A stretch of 64,000 nucleotides of DNA, the filler included, from Asterionella formosa (Eukaryota): assembly GCA_002256025.1 (NCBI GenBank). It is 15 parts of 15 records of this genome, joined end to end, with 100 filler letters (N's around TTAATTAATTAA, not from the genome) between each part and the next. Parts side by side here need not be neighbours in the genome. Positions count along the whole stretch, not along the records: positions 1 to 22,396 come from NKIB01002752.1; 14 more parts are not named here. The stretch is one strand, 5' to 3'. The stretch's first letter is position 1. The number at the start of each line of letters is the position of its first letter. The position numbers and the translations under genes are program-made. The notes under the pieces are model-generated. The model saw only the letters and a program-made list of their open reading frames with translations, was not told the DNA's origin and made no database searches. Below are positions 1 to 11,325 of this stretch, one piece after another.

Positions 1-466
1 ATGTAGATTCTAAGTGAGCAAGTAAGGTCAGAACAGTGATGTCTGCATATCCAAATGTAGCATCTTCCAGAACGTTGTAGTAGGTTGGGTCAATGGCTGT
101 TAGAATTTGTTGTCGGAGAATTTCACGGATTTGGGAGTAACGGCGGAATGCGTCAAGGGAGGTGTCAAAGAGACGGTTGGCAGCAGTGATTTGGGACTGT
201 GTTGCAGTAGTACTGTGTGGCGGCTGGATGCCGGGATGTTTGGGCGGTACAAAGGGTTCACCGGCACGTAAGAGATAAGGCGCAGCAGCCATGACAATAC
301 CAAGGAAACCATTGGCACCACCACCACTGGTACAGTGGACAGAGCGAGCGTTGGCAAAGAGTTCCTTGCGAAGGCGGGTTACAGTGAAGGCTGTAGGTTT
401 GCCCTCGATCGGCGTCAAGAGCGGATGAGGGAATGGGAAAACAGCGGAAACGATTGGAGTCGTCAT
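1..466 (-). CDS. gag: Gag N-terminus of a diatom Copia-type (CoDi-like) LTR retrotransposon, running off the window start
   Basis: Not in the ORF track (no stop in window). Manual translation from ATG at 466: MTTPIVSAVFPFPHPLLTPIEGKPTAFTVTRLRKELFANARSVHCTSGGGANGFLGIV...QILTAIDPTYYNVLEDATFGYADITVLTLLAHLEST, open to base 1; resembles from memory the FPHPxLTxIxGxP...ANAxSV...GGGxxGxLG pattern of diatom LTR-retrotransposon gag. Confidence 0.75.
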   Translation of the reverse strand, partial: MTTPIVSAVFPFPHPLLTPIEGKPTAFTVTRLRKELFANARSVHCTSGGGANGFLGIVMAAAPYLLRAGEPFVPPKHPGIQPPHSTTATQSQITAANRLFDTSLDAFRRYSQIREILRQQILTAIDPTYYNVLEDATFGYADITVLTLLAHLEST

Positions 467-613
467 GGTGGAAGAAGGCCTGAGAGACAGGGACAGCGAA
501 CGGGCAAGCGGTGCTGGACGGTTGATTGTTGAGACCAGTGCTGGTTTGCACTGTCGACAAAACCCGCAACTTCGCAGGTGCGGACAAGAGAGAAAGAACA
601 GATATTGTAGTTC

Positions 614-780
614 TGTTGAGGGGAACCTTATCGTGAATAAAGGTGAACTACAATATTATGACTATTCTATTGCTGTTCCAAGTACATCGTTGTTAGCACT
701 CACGCATGTACCTAATCTGGTGGCTGCGCCGGTATGGTTTGTACGGCGCATGTATGGAGCATCATATGCAGATATTAACA
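614..780 (-). mobile_element. Putative 5' LTR (167 bp) of the Copia-like element
   Basis: Minus strand begins TGTTAATATC (780) and ends CCCCTCAACA (614): TGTT...AACA inverted termini, ~150 bp upstream of the gag ATG. Second LTR is not in the window. Confidence 0.6.
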
Positions 781-1120
781 TACAGGTGGACTACATGGTA
801 CCTGGTACCTGGTAACTGGGTGTAGTAACAATGCTATGATACTTACAGTACCCGGTAGCAGGTACCGGACCTACTCTAATTCCGGTATATACCGGGAACA
901 CTGTACCGGTAGTCTACCTAGTTGTTTTCAGTATGTAGAGTTGCCCATCTGAATGACTGATTATAAAGGGGACAAGTGTGGACAGGGGTGTTCCAGCGAT
1001 GAATTTGTATCTAAAAATTACAATGATTTTGACCATCATGAAATCGATTTCTGACAAAAAAAAACGTGGATGCATATGTACCAGGTAGTATACCAGGTTG
1101 CCAGCATTGCTGATACTGGT

Positions 1121-2620
1121 ATGAAAGCGATGATACTGTTTAGCAGACGAAAGCAAAATCCAATGATGATGCGTTTCTATGCTTGTGGTATTACGGTGAT
1201 TGTTGTCATTGCTCTTGCAAGCATTGGGTCTCAATTGAGGTTGATTGGAAGAGTACCGGTAGATGACGGACATCCTGTCCAACTGAACGACACGATTGGA
1301 ACTGTTCCTGATGGCGCATTTTTGTCATTCCGCTCCAACTCCTCGTCAGTGACTAAGCAGCAAATGATAATAGCCTTGGCCAATGTCCGACGTCAATGCA
1401 TTGATTCAATTCGAGCCAAACACAAGGAGTTTTACGCTTCTAGTATCATTCCGAAGAAGCATACGACTGTTCTTTTGGTGGACCCAGCGTATCATGGAAA
1501 TGTTGGTACGTGACGTGATTTTCTTTTTGAATACTTTGGATACAAAAACACATGCGATATTTGTGCATTCAACATGTTTGCTTCTTCTCCTTTGCCATAC
1601 ACACACACACACACACACACACGCATTCTCTCAGGCGACAACATGCTCTCACGTGGAGAACAAGCATTTCTAAGTGCATTCAACAAGACCAACAATATGG
1701 AGGAATGCATGTACATACAAGCTGGGAAACGAGCCCCGCCTTGTAGTGCAGTATTGTCAAGAACGAATGCAACTCTTGCATTGTGGCATGCTGGAGGGAA
1801 CTGGGGGGACTTGTACATGTCAGTACATTCCAAACGAATGAATTCGTTTGTGGAGTTACTAGATCATGGGATGACCATCATTAGTATGCCACAATCGTTG
1901 TATTATAGAAATGCAAGTCTACATAGGGATCACGCCAATCTAATGAGGCGAAACATTATGAAAGGCTTACGTTTAAAGGATACAACGTCTCCCAAGAATC
2001 GTCGTTTGATAAAGTCCAAAGTGATGTTCACATGGAGAGAACAAGGTTCATTTGATCAGGCCAAAAGACTATACCCATTTGCCACCAACAAACTCATTCC
2101 AGACATTGCTTTTCAAATTGGACCCTTTCAGCCAATTCCACCTAAGAATGATACTAACAAGGTGGACATTCTTGTCTTTTTACGAGCGGACAAGGAATCA
2201 AAATTTGGGGGAAACGGTCGTTCTCCGGGCAACATTCAACGAATCCTGAACCAGATTGGGAAGAATGTGACATTTGCAGTGGTGGACTGGATAGATCGCT
2301 TGAAAATATTTGGGACTAAAAATATTCTCTTTGATGAGACCTCCATCGAACTCCTGTCGTTAGGAAAGGTTGTCATTTGTGATAGATTGCATGCCGCCAT
2401 TTTGGCCTATTTGTCCAACCTTCCTGTTGTCTACTTGGATCAAGAAAGCAACAAATTGACAAATGTACTAAACGTTGCCTTTTCGAGTTCAGACATTTGC
2501 AAAGATAAACGTAACATGGTGATTAAGTCATTGTCACTGCAGGATTCATTGGAAAAGGCTATTGAAATTCTTGCAACTGATGGTGCTGGTCATGGTAATG
2601 TATTGAAGGTGGCTGTGTAA
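1121..2620 (+). CDS. Polysaccharide pyruvyl transferase family protein, 2 exons (intron 1506-1634)
   Basis: Splicing GTACGT...CTCAG restores HGNVGDNML (NxGD motif); C-terminal DRLHAAI motif; N-terminal hydrophobic anchor. Start could be the downstream MMM near 1163. Confidence 0.8.
1598..1622. repeat. (CA)n microsatellite inside intron
   Basis: About 12 AC units. Confidence 0.9.
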
Positions 2621-3641
2621 TGAACTTCATTTGCAGCAGTTAAGTTGACTTACAAGAATTGTTAAATGTTCCCATTGTCATTGTGAAAATTCAAGCAAAA
2701 GATGAAAGCACCATTACTATCTTATATGCTATTCCTTACAATGAGTTGTCAGTTATCAAAAGTACAAGTTGCTGTGCCAAAATGTGTTGTCTACCTTATG
2801 GATGTGAAACTCCTTGTACCATAGTTCCTTTGTGTCTCATGATGTTTGATTGTTTACCATTTTATTTTAGAGAGGCTACTGGTAGTCTGGTATACTAAGC
2901 ATTCCTTCAGTGGTGTCTTTCTTGGGAAAGCAACAACATGACTATCATCTATATACATAACAATATGATCTACCAGTAATAATATATAATCAATCAGCAG
3001 CAATATGGAATACTGGTTTAAAAAGCTGCTTTAATTTATGGCATCAGCCATTTTGTAGGTCCATCAGCAAAGTGGTACAGGTAGGGTATAGATTGCGCTT
3101 TCTATGATATAGTGCAACACACAATGCCAGATGCATTCTTGATTGATGGAAATATAAGCCATGCTGATCATGTCAAAAGTTGATTTTTAAGAATGAGGAA
3201 TCTTTTGTATGGCGTGCGTGTATTTTTCCAACCTATGTCTAGATATTGGAGTAGCGGTACAGTTGTAGCGATCGTGACGTCATGATCCTTCGTTTGCCGC
3301 CATCATCATGCATGATGATCATTGAATCCAGTAAACTAGTAAAAAACACGATTGGTTTGAACAGCAAGAACGGTTGATGTTCCAGGAACAAGAATAAATG
3401 CCCCTCCGCACTCAGGTACCAGGGTACCTGGTACCATGTGTAGTGTCTAAATCAAGAGGATATAATGAAATTTATACTTATCATTAATTAAGCAATACTG
3501 TGAGTAATCTACATACTACGGTCTGGCCTCGTACCAGGTGTTGGCATCATTATTTTAAAATATATCTGTGTATCATATTGATTCTTGTTTGAACAAAAAT
3601 CGACATCATAAACGTAGCATACGAAGGTACCAAATCATCGC

Positions 3642-3716
3642 TCTTATATTATACAGAGGTAACTCTGTGTAAAAATAGGTCTTATATTATACAGAGGTAA
3701 CTCTGTATAAAAATAG
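3642..3716. repeat. 38-bp tandem duplication, each unit with an internal hairpin
   Basis: tcttatattatacagaggtaactctgt(g/a)taaaaatag twice; TATACAGAG-gtaa-CTCTGTATA stem. Confidence 0.9.
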
Positions 3717-3999
3717 TGCGACAGTTTTGTCCCTTCGATCAAAGTACTGGAAGACTACCAGGGACGATCAAAATAGTCTACCAGGTGTAGAATACCGGTA
3801 ATACCAGGGGTACTATACAAAAGCAATCTCTCCATTATTTTACTTTCTTGTTTCGCACCTCGTTTGTCAAACTATCCCAACTGGATAGAACAAAGAGAAG
3901 AAACGAAAAAAAGGAGGTGAGGATAGTGGTCGCTGCTGTTATAAATACATCAGTTTCATTTCATCATTAAGTTGTTACCGCAACAAAGCAGCTGCCACG

Positions 4000-6900
4000 A
4001 TGGAAGACGTTTCGACGATTCCTTCCAATGATGGATCAACTTCTGGTGAGCTTTTGGATGACACGAATCCTAATAGTACTAATAGAAGTATCCATCATGA
4101 TGATGATGATGATGATGGTCTGCAGGTGCACGAGCTTCTGTCAGATCATGAAGAAGAAGAAGAAGAAGAACAACAACAGCTAGAGATGAATCAGAGACAA
4201 GGGGACATGACAGCAACAACATTATCAACACGTGAGCAAGCCAATGATGATTGTCTCACTGCAACAACAACAACAACAACAACAACATTGCCATCTCCAC
4301 AGGTGGCAGTAGCTGTAGCAGCACCAACCACTGCCCATGTCTCAGCATTGCCAACAAAGGAAGACTTTTTGCGAAATGAAGCGAATCCTCCTCTCGTTAC
4401 TGCTACACTTGTTCCATTGGGTAATGATTCAATGCATGAGAATGATGCTATTCCTGTTAATGTACAAACTCTGGGACCTCATACAGTCGTTTCAACAACT
4501 AATCCCACTACTACTACAACTGTTGCGGATCAATGTCAGGCTCCACAAATAGATCTTTCGCAACAGACACTACTTCATCCACCCCTGGAACAACATACGA
4601 CTGTTCCTGAACCACGACAAATTTCGGATAGAGATTTAATTCGTGTATATGTAGACGATGACGGCTACAATGATCATGGCAGTGCAATGCCACCAGTATT
4701 AAGGGAGAGCAAGAATTTGAAATCGGAGGCCATTATGTCAATGACTTGGAAAAAAATTGCCTGCATTTCCATCCTCATTATATTCTTCATACTAATTGCC
4801 TTGGTAACTGGGATAAGTATTTCCAAACATGACAAACAGAATAATAATATCAACATTACAACGACAACAGCACCAACAACTACAGCATCACCTTCCCTGG
4901 CACCATCTTGCGTGCAAGGATTTCATCGAGCATGGACATTGGCTAACATAACGTCACTATCCTTGCCAGCTCTTGTTGTTGCTGCGGACTCGTATGATTC
5001 GTCCAGGACACTTGGTGTAGTGCCAAATTACAATATATTTACCGACAATTTCACATTCCACACCTTTGTATGGACTGAAAGTGGTGGCACTGAAGTGGAA
5101 ATCATTCAGCAATTTCAAGATTCTTTGGAAATTCAGGCTTTGGTACTAAGTGATGATGGTGCAACCCTTGTGGCTGGTGTCCATTCCTATTTTGAAGTAT
5201 CCGATGGAACTGTGGGTGGAGCCTTTCTTATATTCAAGCGTTTGAATCATTCCACCTTGACTTGGAATTTAACGCATGTACAACGGACAGATGGGGATAT
5301 CTATGGAACTGTCTTTGATGTAGCTGTTAGTTCTGATGGTTCAACTGTGGCTGTATCGGCTGGGCTGTTGGCAGACGTGTCACTGTCGTTTGGTGTTAGT
5401 GTCTATCGTGTCTCAGAGATTGGATTAGAACTCATGGGAAATACACTTTTGGAAAACCTGGTCGGTGACACCAAAATAGAGCTATCTGGAGATGGCACGC
5501 GGTTGTTTCTAACGACGGCTGATTCAAGACTACAGATTTTTGATTTTTCAATCGCATATGGATGGACCGTCACTAAAGAGTTCATTTTTGAAGGAAGCAA
5601 CCCAGTAATTCAAGTATCTCGGGATGGAGATATTCTTGCTATTGGAAACGACAACTGGTATCCTGTCAAGGTTTATGCACTTATGGATGGGAAGTGGGAC
5701 ACCATGGACTCGGTGGGACGCGTTGATCAAGATTCCTACAACTTCAAATTCTCACTCTCCAAGGATGGTAACAACCTGTTTCTGAGCGGGATATTTTCGG
5801 GAAATGGGACTCAAAATGTCATGGGAGAATGGTTCCGACGAGGATCGAATGGCTTTCAGGCGATTTCTTCAGTCACAATCCCTGGAACCTCCATTATAAA
5901 TGTCTTTTTCAATGAACAAGCCTCGCAATTGCTGTTTGCGACTGATTTTGGTTTGACGGGGTTTGAGCGCATTTGTGCTTCGTCAATTGTTGGTGGCTTT
6001 TCTGTCCCCATGGCCCCAGTTCAAACACAGCCAACCAACTCCCCGGCACCGACAGGTTGCATTTCAGGTTTAGAGTATGGCTGGTATAATTACAGAACGA
6101 AGGAGATTGATTCCGACCCATTTCTTGATCCGCTCATATCGATTTCTAAAGACGGATCAACATTAGTTATTGCCCGTACCCTCTACAACGCCAGCACCAT
6201 TCGCTTCGCAACTTTCGACGTGTCTTCGAACCGTACGTCGCTTGAGAGCGAGATTCGCTTGACGCAGTCACAATGTCGACTTCACGACATGGACATTTCC
6301 GGGGACGGTCGAACTCTCTTGTTCGGTGTCGACTCGTATCTCCAGGCAGATGGCACTATTGGTGGTGCCTTTCTGGTGTACCATCGGTCCAACGCTTCTT
6401 GGGCTGTTCATGCCATTATTGAGACTGGAGGAGGCGTGTTGGGAGCAGTTTTCGATGTGTCGATCAGTGATGATGGTGCCGTGGTTGCTTTTTCTGCCGG
6501 TGAAATAAATGGGAGCTCCTATGCCGACGTCTACGCAGTCGAAGACAAAGGGTTATTCCACATCAATGAACAAGGCTTTCCAAGGGATCCTGGAGATGGT
6601 AGTAACAATCTCATTGGAAACAACACGTTCGTCTCCAAGCTTCCAACACGTGACTTCACGCAGATCAGTCTGTCTGGAAGTGGCAGCCGGCTCTTCATAA
6701 TAGCCACTACTGGTGCTATTCGATCATTTGACTTTGACAGCGGTTGCGCGTGTTGGACTCAAATTGGCCAATCAGTTTTTATTTTATCGGAAGCCAAGCT
6801 TCATGTTTCTTTCGACGGAAACACAATAGTAAACGGGATCAAGTACCTTCCAATCACAATTTATGATTTCATTGGAGAGTATTGGGAAATGCGGGAGTCG

Positions 6901-7278
6901 TCAAGTTATTTAGACGACAAAGAAAATGAGTCCTCTGCACAAATCGCTCTGTCCAGTGATGGTCAATCCATTTTTGTCGCCCGAACGTACGATAGTCTTG
7001 AAGTTCGCAATGTTTCGGGCAGCAACCTGGATATCATTTGGAATCAAGTCACCGACTTTGTCGATGAAATTTTCAATACAACTGTACCTTCTTGGAACAA
7101 TCTATACTCTGTGGGTCAATTCTACAAGACATCTCAAGAGGGATCTGGCTTTCTTCAAGTCGAAACCAATTTGCCTTTGTTGCCTGGAGTCGTACAACAA
7201 ACAACCCTTACTGGGAACGGAAACCTTTTTGTTGTAACCAATGAGACAGTTTCTTTTTACCAAAATTCATGTGCATGA
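4000..7278 (+). CDS. Type II membrane protein with two duplicated beta-propeller-like (WD40/FG-GAP-like) ectodomains
   Basis: 1092-aa ORF; disordered N-terminus, one TM (IACISILIIFFILIALVTGI), APT/SPS linkers, recurring (L/I)SxDGxxLxV blades; internal duplication (DGTVGGAFLIF vs DGTIGGAFLVY). Confidence 0.8.
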   Translation: MEDVSTIPSNDGSTSGELLDDTNPNSTNRSIHHDDDDDDGLQVHELLSDHEEEEEEEQQQLEMNQRQGDMTATTLSTREQANDDCLTATTTTTTTTLPSPQVAVAVAAPTTAHVSALPTKEDFLRNEANPPLVTATLVPLGNDSMHENDAIPVNVQTLGPHTVVSTTNPTTTTTVADQCQAPQIDLSQQTLLHPPLEQHTTVPEPRQISDRDLIRVYVDDDGYNDHGSAMPPVLRESKNLKSEAIMSMTWKKIACISILIIFFILIALVTGISISKHDKQNNNINITTTTAPTTTASPSLAPSCVQGFHRAWTLANITSLSLPALVVAADSYDSSRTLGVVPNYNIFTDNFTFHTFVWTESGGTEVEIIQQFQDSLEIQALVLSDDGATLVAGVHSYFEVSDGTVGGAFLIFKRLNHSTLTWNLTHVQRTDGDIYGTVFDVAVSSDGSTVAVSAGLLADVSLSFGVSVYRVSEIGLELMGNTLLENLVGDTKIELSGDGTRLFLTTADSRLQIFDFSIAYGWTVTKEFIFEGSNPVIQVSRDGDILAIGNDNWYPVKVYALMDGKWDTMDSVGRVDQDSYNFKFSLSKDGNNLFLSGIFSGNGTQNVMGEWFRRGSNGFQAISSVTIPGTSIINVFFNEQASQLLFATDFGLTGFERICASSIVGGFSVPMAPVQTQPTNSPAPTGCISGLEYGWYNYRTKEIDSDPFLDPLISISKDGSTLVIARTLYNASTIRFATFDVSSNRTSLESEIRLTQSQCRLHDMDISGDGRTLLFGVDSYLQADGTIGGAFLVYHRSNASWAVHAIIETGGGVLGAVFDVSISDDGAVVAFSAGEINGSSYADVYAVEDKGLFHINEQGFPRDPGDGSNNLIGNNTFVSKLPTRDFTQISLSGSGSRLFIIATTGAIRSFDFDSGCACWTQIGQSVFILSEAKLHVSFDGNTIVNGIKYLPITIYDFIGEYWEMRESSSYLDDKENESSAQIALSSDGQSIFVARTYDSLEVRNVSGSNLDIIWNQVTDFVDEIFNTTVPSWNNLYSVGQFYKTSQEGSGFLQVETNLPLLPGVVQQTTLTGNGNLFVVTNETVSFYQNSCA

Positions 7279-8452
7279 ACCAGGCCTTGAATAAGGTAGA
7301 CCAACATGGCGAGCGACCAACAAGATCCATTTCTCGGGAGCTGTTCCAGTAGCCCATAACATAGGAATAATCAGAGAACATTAATTTCGCTACGAAATTT
7401 TTTCATGGGCCTTGCATGATTACCGGTAGAGTATTTGAGGTACAATACTCGTGCTGAGGTTCTCTCATTTGCGCAATTTCGCAACAAATGCGCACACTTT
7501 TGAACCATACTTTCTATTTCTAGAACCTGGTATTGGTGAATAAAATTGTATAGCTATATTTGTTGAGAATATCACAGATCTTACTTTTAAGATCACTGTA
7601 GCTAAAAAAGTATTTTCACTTTACACTTTCTAATATTGTGAGCTATCTGTTAAAAGTCTATCTAGGCTTGTTCTTGCCTGATAACTCAAGTAATCCTGAA
7701 CAAGACATCTCACAATTTCCTTGATCACGTCAATATGATCATGCTTGCTTTGACAATAAGTACCGGTAAGCATATTCATTTGACAATAAGCAAGCATCTC
7801 AATTCATTTGTCAATATGAGGATTGCATCTCTTGGTTTCATCACTAATATATCGATCGTCGACTCGTTGGATTCCATTTATTTTACAACTACCGTTATGC
7901 CTCGACTTATTTACCGGTAGAACGCCACATTTTGTTGCTGTGGGATCATTCGCTAAGGCTTTTCAAGTACCTGCGTACCGTGTTGTGGACTTCAATAACT
8001 ATAATAGCTAGCCGCTAATACTACCTGGTACCTGCTACCATTGAAAAAGGGTTATATTTTTGACATGTGCAAATGAGCCTAAATACGAAATTGTGCAATT
8101 AATATTTTACACATATATGTATATTAGTCCCCGAGATCAGACCTGTACTTAATTGCCAGTCTTGTGGCTCCATTTTGATACGAGGGCAAAGCTAGTACGA
8201 AGAGGTGTTTTCCTCCGCGTTCATACAATCCGAAGAACAGTTCCTTGATCTCCCGTTACACAATGAACGTTTTGATCTTTTGTGACATACAATATCTTTT
8301 CGGTAGGCAGTAAAGGAATGAGTCTTTGATGTGATGTAGTTTGCCTTCGTTCTTTGGGTTTCCTCCTGATTTCATCCTGCACCGTTGTTGATTCAGAATC
8401 TGGATCTCGTAATGTCAAGAGCGATTATGATAAACAGTTCTTTGATCGATTA

Positions 8453-8941
8453 TTACAAATCCAAAGCAAATATGTCTTCTGATTCTACATCTTGAGTGTT
8501 CACGAGGCTCTCATTCTTTGATGATGATATTGCTGGGTAATAGTAGGATGGGTTTGGGGTCAACGGCAAATGTCTCGGGAAAGGATGAATGCCATCAGAC
8601 TCGAAATGCACAGCCTTGAAGGCAAGATCTGGGAGGTGATTCTGGCTGCTTTGATGATCAACAACGGGTGTTCTCGCCAAGCTGCTGTCAGTTTCGTTTC
8701 TGTCCGAAGAATGCCGAGTCCGAATAATGTTGGCAAGGGATGGGTCCATGGCAGGCGATCTTGACTTGCTCATCGCACTAACGATGCGTACGTACATCCA
8801 GTAGTCCCTGCGATCGGCAGCGTGCTCGTCTTCCTCTAATTGTGTCTCTGAGTTTGTCCTCGATATGCCAAATCGAATCTTGATAGGTTCCGACTTTGAG
8901 GTAGGGAATTCGGATGTGAGAATATTATTTTCTGCGGTCAT
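8453..8941 (-). CDS. Hypothetical protein (start uncertain, 8941 or 9121)
   Basis: Open frame with RRDYWMYVRIV core and acidic EDIFALDL C-terminus, a pattern I associate with diatom hypotheticals. Confidence 0.6.
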   Translation of the reverse strand: MTAENNILTSEFPTSKSEPIKIRFGISRTNSETQLEEDEHAADRRDYWMYVRIVSAMSKSRSPAMDPSLANIIRTRHSSDRNETDSSLARTPVVDHQSSQNHLPDLAFKAVHFESDGIHPFPRHLPLTPNPSYYYPAISSSKNESLVNTQDVESEDIFALDL

Positions 8942-10500
8942 TTTTTGATCACCTTGAGCCTTTTCGCTGTCCCCTAGTTCGGACCCAAGTAATCTGGTAG
9001 AGTGTTTGTTATACTCAGGACCTCGGTTCATTGTACAAATCGTTCGACCTTCAAAAAAGGGTGCTTCCGCAAGATTTGAGATATGTTTTCCTTCATGCAA
9101 GTTGCATTTGAATGAGTACAAGACCCATGTAGGAATTACAGTATGTAGCAGGCGAATTCTGTTCTACGAAAAAGGCGAAGGCGGAACGCTTTTATTCGTT
9201 CTATGTATGGCTTCTGAGTTCTCATCGACCGTGTGATTGTGTAGAAGGTAGCAGGAGTAGTAATTCATAGATACCGGTATGCCTGTAGAGCAAATTTGCG
9301 ATGACCCGTGCGTACTAGATTTCGACCAGTGGGCGACATCGAGAGTTTTGGAGCATTTTGAATTCATGACGTCACTCGTAAACATTACGTGCGTCTGAAA
9401 TTAATTGTTCACGGAATACTTGATGCAGGTGGTGTTACCGGTACCGGTAGTAAAGCTACTAAGTAACAGGTGGTAAACATCTAGCCTGATGTGTGTAACA
9501 TTATCTACGAACGAGTTCTTCTGAAATCCATGTACTGGTGTGTCATCATATAAATCATTTACATAGATATGCACCGGTAGACTAGGAACATATAATAAAT
9601 AGAGAACCATGTACCAGTAAAAATGTACATATTGTATCCTACGACCTACGACTACAGCAGCATAAGCCAGTACATGTGTGTCCGGCGAAGGGTTCAACTG
9701 CATAACGCTATGCAGAGACGTCGAAAAGGTGGTGAGGCAGTAGAACAACCTGTCGCAAGCACGGAGTACCTTGGACGTATCAAAAATTGCTCAAGACCAT
9801 TCACTACATTACCCTTTTGTTTGACTACAACTAAAAAAATGTTCAGCAGACCCAATTAACACCCTTTTGAGTAGAGGTCAACTAATGCTTGCAAGTATTA
9901 ACTAGCTGGTTGAATCATTTTAACAATTTGAAGTTTACTTTGTTGTGATGTCGAACTATTTAAGTCATTTATTTTGCATTTTCATCATGTAAATATATTA
10001 TTTAATGGTAAACTCAAATGAACATCCAACTCTTGGGACGATTTCAGGAACATGACAGCTTTTAATCGTTTTAATTGATACGAAAAGTTGCACTAGATGT
10101 AGTGGAGCGAGGTTACCTGACAAGTGCTAATGTTCAACTCCAAGCAGTCAACAAATTCAAAGTCGAAATCTTTAGCCATTTGTAACAGGCCTAAAAATTT
10201 CAGCAAAAAACTGGTAAATTATTTTAGAAAAGCAATCTAAGCAGGTCCAAGATAGGGACAATAGAAATGCAAAGAAAGTTTGAGAAAATGTTTACTCAGC
10301 AACAAGCAAGCAATAACAACTATCAGGTGCAGTCATTGAAAACTAATACCATTCATGTTTGGTGTGCAGCAACAGAGATATTCCCATCCTTCGGCAAGGT
10401 GCATTCATTCTGTAGAATTTACGGAAATAATTAGGGACCAAAAATCAATTTTAATCCGAAAAATGTTACAGAATCATGATCGCTAACAGAGAAATTCTTT

Positions 10501-11325
10501 TCACACTTCTTCAGCAAAAAGATTGTCAAAATCTTCTTCCGCCCAAAAGCAAAGATTTCCAAATTCACGCATATCTTCTTCTTCCCTTTTGTCATGCGGT
10601 AATACACCAAAGTCACCCTCTCCATTTGCGAAATGATGTTTACTATTTCTCCACAACGAAATTGCAGCTGCATCGGATTGTGGTAACAACCACCGTGGCG
10701 TCGAAGTGTCAGTGGTAGTAGTACTCATGCTTTCGTCAAGCAACGGATCGGAAAATGGACCGGACGATGGAGTAGACATCTTCTTCTTCTTTGCCGATAC
10801 CCCATTTTCGAATGGCGATGGGGTGTACATGTAGTTGTCAATCCCGCTATCAATGTTAAGATCAACATGGCTGTGTCTCTTTGAAAAGTTTCGTTTCGCA
10901 CAAGGGTGACGGCAAAATCCGCAAAAGCGAAAGGCTCGTCCACTCTTGGCACAAATTTCGTGGGAACACACCAATAGTAGTCCATGAGGTGCATTGAACG
11001 GAACATCAAAATAGGCCGTTCCTGGCGTGTGATTGTCCGAAATGCCTCTAGCTCGACAAGGATATCGATGATGTTCGTCCGGCTCTGTCATACTTACAGG
11101 TAATTGTTGCAGAATTTCGTCGTCATCGTTGCCTGTGAGATGACGACGCTTTTGTGTTCGAAAAAAGGACTCATCATCTGGATTCTCGTTTACACTTTGA
11201 TGGGAGAGGGCCATGACTTCGCTAGAGGCACGGGAGACAGGAGTTACATGAAGGGTAGATTTGTTGGAATTGTCGAGAAACCTATTGTTGATTACAGGTT
11301 CGGTTGGATTCATGAAGCTATACAT
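10501..11325 (-). CDS. Hypothetical Cys/His-rich (zinc-finger-like) protein, possible nuclear regulator
   Basis: YPCRARG...APHGLLLVCSHEIC...FRFCGFCRHPCAKRNFSKRHSH module; basic KKKK NLS-like stretch. Confidence 0.7.
   Translation of the reverse strand: MYSFMNPTEPVINNRFLDNSNKSTLHVTPVSRASSEVMALSHQSVNENPDDESFFRTQKRRHLTGNDDDEILQQLPVSMTEPDEHHRYPCRARGISDNHTPGTAYFDVPFNAPHGLLLVCSHEICAKSGRAFRFCGFCRHPCAKRNFSKRHSHVDLNIDSGIDNYMYTPSPFENGVSAKKKKMSTPSSGPFSDPLLDESMSTTTTDTSTPRWLLPQSDAAAISLWRNSKHHFANGEGDFGVLPHDKREEEDMREFGNLCFWAEEDFDNLFAEEV

Noticed and set aside
100..815. ORF-track ORFs at 100-815
   Set aside because: Shadows of the real minus-strand gag frame (466 to 1) and its LTR.
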